From: Albugo candida
Taxonomy: Eukaryota
Direction of reading: 5' to 3'
Length of the DNA stretch: 64,000 nt
Assembly (NCBI GenBank): GCA_040437565.1
Contig: JBDOQK010000014.1
Coordinates: 248,001-312,000 of the forward strand
Position 1 is the stretch's first letter. Every line of letters begins with the position of its first letter. Position numbers and translations under genes: made by a program. Under the pieces are notes generated by a model. The model ran no database searches. It was not told where the DNA came from and worked only from the letters and a program-made list of their open reading frames with translations. Positions 11,066 through 23,541 of this stretch are shown here, piece after piece.

Positions 11066-13030
11066 TTACGACTGCATGTTTCCCATCACGTTTTGCACCA
11101 GATGTGCGACTTTGGGGTTTGACGTATGACGCATGACAGCTGATGGACCATTTGCATCAAGATCGCGAAAGAAATCATGCATATCAGGATCGCTTCTTGC
11201 TGCCACAACTTGTGGATTGTTCATCAATGCGTCTCGGCCAGGAAAGCCCGCAGGAGTGCTTTCAGCTGAAGGTGTCGTGGAGGGTGCTGCGTTGTTACTA
11301 TTGCCCATTTGGCCGAGCATGCCACCTAGCATGCTGGGGTTCTGCATCAGATTCTGAGCCCTAGAAGATATCACAATGAGCTCCTAGCAACAGAGAAAGC
11401 GCAAACAACACGATCACCTACATTTGCATCATTTGTGGGTTTTGCATCATGCTCGATGCCATTTGTTGCATCGCTGGATTGTTTAGTAGGCCTGCCAGTC
11501 CACCGCCACCACCACCACCACCGAGCATGCCAGCCAAACTGCTTAGATCCGGCATTCCACTCGGAGGTGTTGCGACACTCGAAGATTGAGCAGCTGATTG
11601 TGATTGCCGAAGAAACTGCTCTGCTTCTTCCAAACCTGCTTTACAAGAGGCGTTCGATTCATCTATCTCCAAACCACGACGAAAAGAATCAATCGCTCCC
11701 TGATAATCTTTCATTTGTATCTGAGCGGCTCCCATTCGATTATACGCCTTGAGAAATTTCGGATCCATGGCGATGGCGGCTTCACAGTGATTAATCGCCT
11801 CATCATAGTTTTGCATGTACATCAATGAAGCAGCCAAATTCGAGTGATAAATATGAGAACTAGGTCCATTCGGACAGAATTCCAGTGCTTGACGGTAATG
11901 CTTTGCAGCCAGTTGGTAGTCTCCAGCATTCAAAGCTGCGTTACCTATTCTTACAATGTTTCAATATAAATCTTAAGAGCCGACCTGTGAAATTTGCCAT
12001 TGTACCTTTATTTTTCTGTTCATCGGCTTTGATTTTGTTCTCTTCTGTACATTCATTCTGTACAGCGCACTGCACAATCTTTTTATGAAAATGGAAGCTC
12101 GGAGCCTCTTGCAGAGAAATTTACCTCTTCTGCTTTAACGTCGCCAAACTTGTCTTTGAATTTTCCTAATGCTTTTTCCATTCTGTCATGATACTCTGGA
12201 ATCCGAATAAGACAAAGTGACATCTACGAAGAGAAGCATTACGAGCCTTTGGAGCCGACCGCCGCGCCGGAAAAAAATCCTTTTTCTTCNNNNNNNNNNN
12301 NNNNNNNNNNNNNNNNNNNNNNNNNNNNNNNNNNNNNNNNNNNNNNNNNNNNNNNNNNNNNNNNNNNNNNNNNNNNNNNNNNNNNNNNNTCTGCTTTAAC
12401 GTCGCCAAACTTGTCTTTGAATTTTCCTAATGCTTTTTCCATTCTGTCATGATACTCTGGAATTCGAATAAGACAAAGTGACATCTACGAAGAGAAGCAT
12501 TACGAGCCTTTGGAGCCGACCGCCGCGCCGGAAAAAAATCCTTTTTCTTCGAGTTTTTTCACCCACTTGCTCCACAGCTCCGGATCTATACCTCATGTTT
12601 GTCAAGCAAGGAGCCGTTAGATTGTTAATTCGAATACTTTTCTTGATGATCGGCTCCTGCTCAATCGAGATTGGAGACTCCTAGTTCATCAATCTGTTAA
12701 GCGCGCAATATCGACCAAAAGAGACTATATACCGCTGGTAACAGCCCCAACGCATTCAATCCGGCGGTAAGAATCTTCACGAAGGAAGTATTGGGTACTT
12801 GTTTCAGATAAAGCTCTTGCTGCTGCGTATCGTGCAGATTAAGCTTGAAAGTCTCGCTATTGAAATTCGAGTGCGTAAATCGATTCTAATCATTGTAGAA
12901 AGCGTATGACTTACGTCAGACATTGAACGCCAACTTCTATATTCTCAGTGTCGAGCTGGGTGTCAGCTTTCAGACTGTCGATATACGATAGCGCGTGGAA
13001 AATGGCTCGATTTCGCTCGTAATTTGACAT
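11066..13030 (-). CDS. SGT2: Small glutamine-rich TPR co-chaperone (SGTA/Sgt2), multi-exon
   Basis: N-terminal dimerisation motif (ENIEVGVQCL) from ATG 13030, three TPRs (AKHYRQALEF...SNLAASL...KAYNRMGAA), Gly/Met/Asn-rich STI1-like C-terminus (LLNNPAMQQMASSMMQNPQ). Confidence 0.85.
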
Positions 13031-13615
13031 TTCAAAGCAGTGGGAATTTCGGGGAATTTTGACCAATCGCTATGAAGCAGCGGAGAAAAGGATTAAATGG
13101 CTCGCGGTGGTGCAAAGCAGTTTTAGGCGCAACATTGCGCAGTCTGTCAATGGTTTGAATCAAACTCTCACAAAAACACGTCAATACGTAACATAGGAGC
13201 ATTATGACAAGTACGAAATAAAGCACTTTAGTCTATTGAGGATTAAGACACGAGGGCAAGTGGATGGTCAGTGTAACTATGACATAATATAAAGATCATG
13301 GAAATGCGTAATCGAAATCCAAAACGGATTCTAAACGCAGTAATCACTCGATTGGGAATGAACCCTTCTCTTCATTCCATCCGCTCGCAAAGGAACAAAA
13401 ATTAAACTGTTGGCTTTGGCCAACTTCTGATGGCCCAACCTTTACGGTTTTTATTATGGTGCTTTACTGTACTACGAACCTTTATGACTTTTACCAAAAT
13501 GAGCNNNNNNNNNNNNNNNNNNNNNNNNNNNNNNNNNNNNNNNNNNNNNNNNNNNNNNNNNNNNNNNNNNNNNNNNNNNNNNNNNNNNNNNNNNNNNNNN
13601 NNNNCTTTTACCAAA

Positions 13616-16600
13616 ATGAGCGCTGCCTCTGAGACTGTCGGCGTCACTGATACTATGGAGCAATGCGTCAGGATTCAATCGATGCTGCTTGGTGAAATTC
13701 AATGCGTTCTTTCTTCTCTTCGTCAACGATTTGGATTTGGAGCAGCTTTAGGCTCTTGGGAAGAGAATAATGCAGAAACACAAGTGCGTGCGTTGACATT
13801 GAGACACATAATCTGATGATTATTATCGTCATAGGAAGGAAATAGACTGCAAATGGGATTAGTGGACTCTGTTTCCTCGCTTAAGGAATTAAGAAGCCGC
13901 GTATTGTGCGCAAGTACGCAAACTTCTTCGTTTTCTCTGCCTCGGTATTGACTCCGTTTGATTAGAATTGCCTGAGCTGCATTTCCGAGAGATCATGTTG
14001 CCTTTCCTAAGTATCATACAAAAAGAAACATGGATAACAATCGCACTTTTGAGATCTTTAGAAGCTATTTTACGGATTCTAAGCTACTGGGCGCCAAGCA
14101 CGATCGCTAGTGATTCTCATTCGGATGCTTCAGACAGCCTCACTGAAGTTGTGGAGAGTCTGATACAGTGCAAAATTCATATCATTGACCAGGAGCAAGC
14201 AGAGAAAGCTTTGATTTTCATCATACAAATCCTCGGAAAAGTAGCCGAGTCTTCTCAGAGTGGAAATTCGCTATCCGATCACGCAATGTGGCAGCTTGTA
14301 CTCATACTCTACGACCTCGCGCAAGCCACAGGCGGCAACGTAGGACGATTTCCAGGAGTTTTATCGTTTGCGTAGAGATAACGTTGCTGTGTAGATCTCA
14401 TCCTCCAATTGTGTTTCTTCACTGGCGAGTAAAGGCCTGCTTGACGCATTCGAGTATCTTTTCCAGAATCCGCTTATCTACGCAACGACATCGTCCAAAG
14501 GCTTTGGCTTACCATGCGCAGTCAAAGTCTTTGGATTCTTGATCGAAAAGGTAAAGTGGTTGAAAGATCTCGTAAAAAGTCTGAGTTATGTGTAGCTGAA
14601 TCAACCGAGCCTTGGACACATCTCTCGAGGAGAGCTACATCTTTGCTTGAAATTGCTACATCACATTCTAAGCGTATGTGATGCCAAGCAATTCATGCAA
14701 ACTCCGTCCATGATGCTGTTCATCAACGATGATCTCTGCAAAATGCTTCTGATCAATGGCCGGCTCGAGTAAGCTCCTTTGACGTATGTCCAGCTGACAT
14801 TTGAGACAATTGAATATGTAGCGCTCGATTAGGGGTGAAGACATGTCTTCTATGTCTCAAGATAGTTCGTGTTCTATGGATTCGAATGCGGTGGATCTTA
14901 AAGATTCAGCTGGAAGCTATCTTGAACGGTGTCTTTGGACGCACTTTAAACTGGATATTGAGTCATCTATACAGACACGCAGCCGAGACAGCGGATACGT
15001 CACAAGACCACTCCGTGGCGGAGGTGCAGGATCGTATAAGGGAGATATTGGGCAGCGAAATGGAGCATCTTCATGGAAGTCTCCATGATATTGAGGATAG
15101 CAAGTCGAGTCTGTATTTCGTATCGTATGAGATCACACAATGCTTAGTCGACCTATTGGCCGATCCTTCCATTTTGTCTGATTTATACGTAAATTACGAC
15201 TGCGATAACGCTCATTGTGATGTTTTGCATCATTTGATCGAGCTGTTGGCATTGATCGTCCAGCAATCGCACAGAGCTTGCCGATTCTCTTTCAATCATC
15301 GGCGTATCTTATGGATTCAAGCCATTCAAGAGCTGGCCATGGAAGGCTTGTTTAATGTGGTCTATGCGCTCGATCGAAGAAACAAGCCGAGTGTACGCTT
15401 ATCGCTTTCAAAGTCTGCATCCTTACGCGAGAAAAAGGAACGCAAGCGGCAGTATCAGATCGGCGTTTTAGAATTCAATCGCAAGCCGATTCATGGAATC
15501 CGAAATCTCCAAACGTCTGGTTTTCTCCCGTCACCGCTTGAGCCACACGACATGGCATTGTTTCTACGTTCGCTGCCGCAAGGAATGGATAAGAAAACGG
15601 TCGGAATGTACCTGGGAGCAAAGGGTAAAGATCTCAATGCGTTTGAGAAGGAAGACATCCACGAAGCCGACACTGTGAGCTTCCATCAAGATGTACTGCA
15701 CCAGTATGTGGCTTCATTCGACTTTGATGGGGAGTGCATTTTAGACGCCTTGCGGATGTTTTTGGCGAGTTTTCGATTGCCGGGTGAAGCACAGCAAATC
15801 GATCGAATTCTCAATACATTTGCCTATGCCGTCTATCAACAATGCAGAGATCGGTGTCTGATGGCGTCACCAGATGTGGCGTATCTGCTATCCTTTAGTC
15901 TGATCATGCTGAACACAGACCTTCACAATCCCAACATTCTGCCGGAGAAGAAAATGTCGTGTCAATGTTTTGTCCGAAATAACACAAATTACGGCGAAGA
16001 AGTCTCACAGGCTCAGGATTTGCCTCCAGACTTTCTCACGTCTTTGTTTCAATCCATTGCCACGAATGAGATACAGACATTGGATGAATGCGGCATTCAC
16101 GGCGAAATTCTAACTGAAGATCGCTGGAAAGATCTCATGAAACAGATCAAGGCAACAAAAGACCAATGCAACATGATTGTACATCATTCTATGCATCACG
16201 CTAGTCTGGGCTCAATGAAGGAAGGAGAGGACAGAGACAATGCTGAGAGCCTTCACAGAGATGGTCAGTACGATCACGATATATCCAAGATGATTCTCAA
16301 CGACACAGCCAACGCCTTTGCTAGCATTTTCGACTTGTACGTTGATAAAATCAATCAAAGCGATACGACAAACCAGGATCGATCTGTTGGCAAGCTTCCC
16401 AGTACATCTGTCACCTCGGGAGCTTTTTATGAACCTGGAAAGAAGATGCTTCAAATGGCGTGTAATGGACTTGTTTCATGCTCATCATTAGCCGGCAATC
16501 TCGGGTTTATCGATCTTTTCAACACGTTGCTTCTTCGGCTGCTGCAGTACACGTTTCTGCTTCCTTCATCAGACTTGTATCGCTATAGCGCGTATGATTT

Positions 16601-19103
16601 CTCTGATCCAAGATTGGAATTCTGTAGCAATCCAAGCGCTTTACTGGCTACAGCGGGTGTTCTACGACTCGTTCACACATGCGGGGCCACTGGAGTATCT
16701 CTGCAAACTTGGCGAGGGTTTTGTCATATCCTCTGCGCTCTTCGAGATTTGCAAGCACTACCACCGGCATTTTATCGCAAGCTGTCGATCAAAGATGAAA
16801 ATTCGGAAAAGAATGCATCAAATTGGTGGCTGTCGGATGAAGAAATGGATGATTTTCTCGCACGAACGTCCGAGATACTCGAATGGTCTAAGAAACAGAG
16901 AGAGCAGACGAGTTTGATCTCACAGACTCCAACTTCATTTCCTTCTTTCTTTGGCGGTATGGCTTGGCTCTTTTCAGCTTTTGACAGTACCGAAAAGGCT
17001 GTGACGAGCAGTTCAGTTGAGACAGATTCGCTTCAGTGCCAGTTGGAAGCATCCAGGCAATCTTCTAACGTTGACGATCGCATCCAAAGCGCTCTAGAGC
17101 TTGAGTCGACCGCGACGTTGATAGATCGTGAAAGGCCCACAGAGCTGGGAAGCGAAGATGTGGTGGGTACATTACATTCTTTGGGGTCCGCGCAATGGCT
17201 TCAAGAAACATTGCAGCCGTATCATTTGGACACTTTACTCGATCATCTTGTATCCTTTCCATGCGTAATTCTGCAGGAACTCGTGCAAGCCATGCAGATT
17301 GAGGTTCTGAGAGGGATCACCGAATCAAACAAAGCGACGATTGCGTCGGAAGAGAATCAGCTGCCTCTGCTTGACATTGAAAATATCGTGTTTCTCCAGC
17401 GAATAGTCTCGTGGCTTACTGTCAACGCATCGCGTCGATTGATCGCCGAAACAAAGTCGTTCGATGAAGAAAAAGACTTACCACAAATTTGGCCGACACT
17501 CCATCATCACGTGACTCAAGTTGTGGAGGCTTTACGCTCAAGTTTGTGTCAGGATACGACAGCATCTCAGATACCTTATACTTTGGCCGCGATGCTGCTG
17601 CAGAGGGTTCTCGAAGGACTTTTCGGCTGCGTGGCGCAGTTATCGAATGAGTTGAACGATATCCTCCGCACACTTTGGATGGATTTGATTTTGGAGATTG
17701 CATGCAAGCTTTTGGAGATGGAATTCGTAGTTACGGAAACTGGAAGCTCGCATTCGATCGATAGTCAGTACGCAGTCATTGATCCTTTCACCACACAACT
17801 GGTTCGTGGCTTTCGATTTCTGTTGGAAGGAAGAAACGATAGCGCTTCAAGTCTCAAATTTCGGAATACGGTCTTGGAATTATCCAAGAAATCCATCCAA
17901 CAGCGTTTCGCATGTCGTCATGCTTTCCATTTAGTACATCACATGGTGAGGGAGACAAAGGAGAACCCAATAGCCGCAGCTGATGGCGTCAATGAGATCC
18001 TTTTGACGGATTACTTTACAATTACGCTTCAAATGGCTTTGGGACCTGCGAAAGAAAATTGGATCTCACTCAATGGAAATACGGAACTTCCACTCGTATT
18101 TGAAAGTCTGGAAAGTATGGTTTCCCAATGCACGCAGACGGGTACCATTGAGGTCGATGAAAGCATGCGAATGCTCACGGCGGAACGATTTCTTGGCGGA
18201 ATGCTTTTGATTGTCGAATATCATTGGGATGTAGTGAGTGCGACTCGCGATGTCCATAGAGCTGGAGAATGGTTTGATGCCGCTCTTCGGGCATTCCAAT
18301 GGAGTGTTCGTGGAATTCACACGGAAACCTTCTCAGCTAACGCATGGATCAACGTCCTTGAGTGTGGCTTGTTGCCATTTGGAACGAGTGTTTTATCATC
18401 AAAGTGCAAGTCGAATGGTTCGAATTCGACGCTTTTTGAAAGAAAGACAAAAAACGGGAACCCGTTCTTATACTTTTATGAGCTTTTGGGGTTCAAGGAG
18501 AAAGTTGTGGCTTCCAGTCCGATGAATGACAGGTTTAGACGACATTCTCTGTCCTCTGCAACCACGCCGAATCACACTCAAGTCTCTGGCAGAACGCGAA
18601 GATCTTGCAGTATTTTAGAGTCCTCGATGCTGGATCCTATGACAGCAGTCGTAGAGATGATGACACAGATTATATGTGCTCATCTTGAGAAATTGGTCAT
18701 GGCCGAAAGTTTTCTTCCAATCTGGGAACGAATTGTGGAATTCCTTCTTCAGGTCCTTTTGTATACTCGAGCGGCCAACGGCGCAGAACAAAATGGAAGG
18801 TCAAAAGTGAGCACAATAAGCCCAAATTCCAGCGTGGAGGTGATCACGAAGCTCATTGTGGAGCGAAGAGATATATTAACGGCGCATGAGATGGTCACGG
18901 AGCACATCCAATGTTTATTACGAAGGATGAGTTCTGACGAAGAGAACGTCTCATCAGATATACATCGTCGTATGAAGAGTTTGAGTGACGTTTGGGAATG
19001 CAAATGCAAGGAGAATGCCGTCTACTACCAGCTTTTGATGGATCTAGTCTCTATTGACGAAAATGGCGGAGGCGAAGCGCGGGAAAGCGGTGCATCCGGA
19101 TAA
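13616..19103 (+). CDS. Sec7-domain ARF guanine-nucleotide exchange factor (GBF/Gea-like), multi-exon 5' end
   Basis: HUS box LYVNYDCD, Sec7 motifs FRLPGEAQQIDRIL (Glu finger) and IMLNTDLHNP in the 1422-aa ORF. Upstream exons inferred from 13616. Confidence 0.9.
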
Positions 19104-19315
19104 CACACTGAACAGATGATAAGTATACGCTTTTTTTCTGGCTGCCAACCAATCTGCGTATACTTGCTGTGCAAGATTAGTGTACAGTACATAAATGCAC
19201 TGAGATGGANNNNNNNNNNNNNNNNNNNNNNNNNNNNNNNNNNNNNNNNNNNNNNNNNNNNNNNNNNNNNNNNNNNNNNNNNNNNNNNNNNNNNNNNNNN
19301 NNNNNNNNNACTGAG

Positions 19316-20023
19316 ATGGAAGATGAAAAGCTCGTTCAGTTGCATGATGTGCTTTCAAGGCTTCGGCCAGGCGGGAGAAAGGTGATTTACTATTTGAAGT
19401 TCCAAGTATGGTGTATGTGTTATAGTTTGATGAATTAGGGAGGTCTAGGCTACAGCAATCTCGCTGTGGGCAATGGTAAATCCGGTAGAACGGATGGGCT
19501 TCCAGACAATGGTACATTTTGGCAGTAATTGTGTGCGATGTACTATAACAATACTGTTTTCGAAGGTCTTTACTCAATGTTTGTACGTGAAGGACACAAT
19601 GCTCATCTACATCAGCGCTTTGGGGATGATGGAGATGACAACGCATCTTCGAAGAAAGGAAAGAAAAAGAAGAAAGAAAAAAAGCGAAAAAAACATTTGG
19701 AGACGAGAGAATCAGATGTGGAAGTTATGAAACACGTAAGCAGTGACTCATTCGCGCCAGAAGGGAGCAAACGCACCAAAAAGAGAAAGAAAAAGAAGCA
19801 TTTGGAAGAAAGCCAAGTTACCGAAACACAAGATAGAACGACTCATAAAAAGGCAAAGAAACGAAGTACATCTATGGAATCTCAAGTGTTGCCACTTCCA
19901 GCGAACAAGCTATCGTCCAAGTCCCGTACGAATACCAAAACGATCACAAAAAAGGCCAAGAAAAACAAGAAAACTGCAATAAGTTCAGAAAAGAAGAAAA
20001 AAAGAAGGAAAAGTCATACCTGA
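19316..20023 (+). CDS. Hypothetical lysine-rich (probably nuclear/nucleolar) protein; exon structure uncertain
   Basis: ATG 19316 (MEDEKLVQLHDVLSRLRPGGRK), GT-AG intron, then the 164-aa ORF with long poly-Lys/Arg tracts. I could not resolve the splicing into the final frame. Confidence 0.45.
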
Positions 20024-20055
20024 AATAGCGTAGTCACGATCCTAAATTAACAACA

Positions 20056-20892
20056 ATGTCGGGCGCCAATATCGCGCGGAATCTTGATGCTGTACGCAAA
20101 ACAGTAGCGGATGCGCTTGCTAAACGAGTCAATAAACAGACTGTATAGACCCTATCCTTGAGACTATGCACATTCACCTCATTTTCAGTATCTTTCTTAG
20201 TGTACGCTTGTCGGTGTAAGCAAAACAAAGCCGATAGAAGATCTCCAAGCCGCTTATGATCACCATCAACGCCATTTCGGTGAGAATTATATCCAAGAAT
20301 TGATCCAAAAAGCCTCGGAGCTGCCCAAAGACATTTTCTGGCACTATATCGGCCATGTACAGTCCAATAAAGCGAAGCTATTAGTTCGAGAAGTCTCAAA
20401 CCTCTATCTTATTGAAACAGTCGATTCTGTCAAGATTGCAAATGCTCTCAACAAAGCGTCTGAAGAGTTTAGAAAGCCTACAAATCCGCTCCATATACTC
20501 ATACAAGTCAACACAAGCCATGAAGTTCATAAAAACGGCGTGAATTCGGTCGAGGAATGCGTTCATTTGGCTCAGCATATTATCGCTTTATGTCCTTATT
20601 TGAGCTTCAAGGGATTGATGACAATTGGAAAGCAAGGAGAAGGAGCTTCCGATTGTTTCGATGAACTTCAAAAGTGCCGCTCCATCCTTGCAGAGAAATT
20701 AGGCTTGGAGGAACAACAGCTTGAGCTGAGTATGGGAATGTCTTCAGACTTTGAGAAAGCGGTACGCAGTTTGGCTTTAGACGTCTGAACAACATACTGA
20801 TAGGATTTTTGCTTTAGATCGCACATGGAAGCACACTTATTCGAATAGGCTCCACAATTTTCGGTGCGCGTATATATAAAAGCGAGCAGTGA
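20056..20892 (+). CDS. PLPBP: Pyridoxal phosphate homeostasis protein (YggS/PROSC)
   Basis: LVGVSKTKP (PLP lysine), HFGENYIQE, WHYIGHVQSNKAK, FKGLMTIG, LSMGMSSDFE and final exon GSTLIRIGSTIFGAR. Confidence 0.93.
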
Positions 20893-20915
20893 TAATGTAC
20901 GAGCACATTGACGCA

Positions 20916-23040
20916 TCACAGAATCTCGAATCCTAGCGGCGCTGCATCGAAATGAATCTCTCTATGCTCCTTTGACTTGTTCCATTCATGAGCAGCTTGT
21001 ATCGCTTCTTCTGATGTGACACCGAAATCGTTAGTAACGTCCGGGGTTTCGTCCATATTGGCTGCTGTTTCCGGGAAAGCTTTCTTCTCCACGAGCTCAT
21101 CCAAACTCAGGTAAGTAATCTCGGGTTCTGTGGGATACATCTCCTGCCACTTCTTCCCCGCATTCGCGGCATTCTGTTGTTTTTCCAGCATTTCTCGACG
21201 CTTTTTTTCCCGTCTTTCTCCGGCCTCTTGTTGGCGTGATTCACGTTCTCGCCGTCTTTGCTCTAAAATGTGTAAAGACATCATATCACGACGATGGAAT
21301 TTGTCTTCTGGAAGTTCTTCATCTTCGGTCACAGGATCGTTCATCTTTGTATCAGCGGACTTTGACCATTGTACTGTTGGAAAAGTGGATTGCAGTTCGG
21401 CTTTAATCTCTCGTTTCTTCAAGTGGAACAAGTCCAGCAGTGATTGATTGTCTGTATTTTGAGGAGAAGTTTCATGTGAAGGAACCTCTTCGCCGTTGTG
21501 TGTTGGTGTCTCGAGGGCGTTGGCTAGTAGCCAGGGATTCGAGCCAGCATCTTTCCAATGAAAAGTGAGTCCGTGACAGAATGGCTTTAGAACAACTCAC
21601 CAGGATTACGCGTGTCCCAGTCAGTGTCAATCGGCAGTCTGAGCGTCAGGCTTCTTCCATCTGGACCGAGAATCGCTTTGGCTTGAGATACAACAATCGG
21701 GAACGGTAGGAAGCTCTCTACAAAGCGTTTTCAAGAAAATGAAACGTGGAGAATCATATTTCTGACCGTAGACACGATGTTGTGGAAATTTCACCAGAAT
21801 GTATTCCGCTTGCAGTTCTATCTTGATATTGTCTATCGAGCACTCTGGACATTCATGGTGGGATCGTATGTGAATGTGGAGTGTTTTATTTTTCATTGTG
21901 ATGAGTTCTTCTTCCGTGAGTGCATTCCCTCCATCCGCTGCTGCAACACGATTGCATTCAAAGATGGATCCATTTTCATCCTCAACGTTTAGCGTGATCT
22001 CTGCCGAATACGATTGCTGAGTCGTCTTTATAGCAGTGATCGTTGGGCGAGTTTTGGATTGGTTGGAATCATCAACTTCCTCGATTTTCGGACTTTTTTG
22101 TTTGCGAATGTAATGCTTTGATGGAGGAAGCTCACCTCGATAGATCAGTCGCGGTAATTTGTATCGAGGATCTAGTTTACATTCGTACTTTCGAGACATG
22201 AGACAATTCGCTTCAATGCTGATAGGCGTGACTCACCTTTTTCTCAATGTACTCAATCGCAAGCTCACAGACGAAATTACGAAATGTTCCAATTCGATCG
22301 CTTTTACAGTCGTGTACGACTTTGGAATTGACGGCTACATCATACGCAATCGAAGCGATCCCTTTACGATCCTCCACTTGATGGGGAGGCCCTATGCTTA
22401 AAGGAACGTGAAGTCCCTACCGAGCTGTAATCAGTCTTAACGCCATTCAAGTAAAACAGAACACACAAGTTGCTCAATCCCATCTGCATCGAGTCGTTTT
22501 TGCTCTGAGAAGCTCTGAATTTTCTCGGAATGACAAAAGTTGATAAAGACCTGTCCAAAGATGCCCATCAGAATGCCTTCAGATCCGAAAAGTAGTGAGA
22601 CCTTTTTCTTCGTATCGATATTTTGTGTCTTCATGACGAATCCCGGCTCGACTTGGATCAAGATCTGACGCAAAAGTATTGGAGTATTTACGTAATTTTA
22701 TGACATTTCCTTACGCCTTCTTCATTTTCTCGTAAGCCGTCTTCTTTCATGACTTTGTGACCAGGAAATTGAGGTTCGAAAGATGAATTTCCCACATTGG
22801 CGTCTTGTTTTTCCTCTTTGAGCACTTGTAACAACGATCGTGGATCCCCCACTACTGTCGAGGTCGCTGGGGTTTTCGAGGGATTCGAAGAGGATTGCAA
22901 TGTGGTTACAAGATCGCGGTACGCTGCTGGATCGGACTGTTGCAATTCGTCGAGATACTATACATTATAGAGCTGATGGATGCGCTACGAAGCGATGGAA
23001 AGCTTCTTACGTCTGCAAATTGTTCGACTTCGGAATCCAT
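20916..23040 (-). CDS. PIH1-domain protein (PIH1D1/kintoun family), multi-exon
   Basis: EPGFVMKT...KVFINFCHSEKI, VPLSIGPPH, YDVAVNS, CELAIEYIEKK...YKLPRLIYRG across short exons. ATG at 23040. Confidence 0.75.
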
Positions 23041-23541
23041 TTGATGATATATAACTGTTAGCTTGCAGTTACAAGAGATACGAAAGACTTTTGCATTCGA
23101 GCGGCGGTCGATTATAATCGATTGCAAATAGCATCACTGCGTTGCCTATTTATAATCAATTTAACGAGTGAGCGGGTAGCGTGTGAATTCTCAGCTCTGA
23201 ATTCTTCTGCGCAAGTGACGAAAATAGTTTGTTAAGTTCTTTAATTGTTGCATACTTTGAACACTTGCCAATTCAACAGTGCGGCAACGCTCGCTTTTGC
23301 AATGAAAAGCAAGTGCAACGCGAGGAATAATAGCCAGTGACACTCTAAAGCAGATGCAAACAAGGTCTTTAATCACTTCAACTGTGAACTCCGAACCAAC
23401 GACGTCGTCGATCCAATTTATTCGTGCTATATGCATGCAGCACACTTAACATCCATAACGGAAATTCCTTCTCATAACTGATTTCGTACGAGTGGTTACC
23501 AAAATTTCAAAGGCGAAAAGCTGACGTGAATAAGTAAAAAG

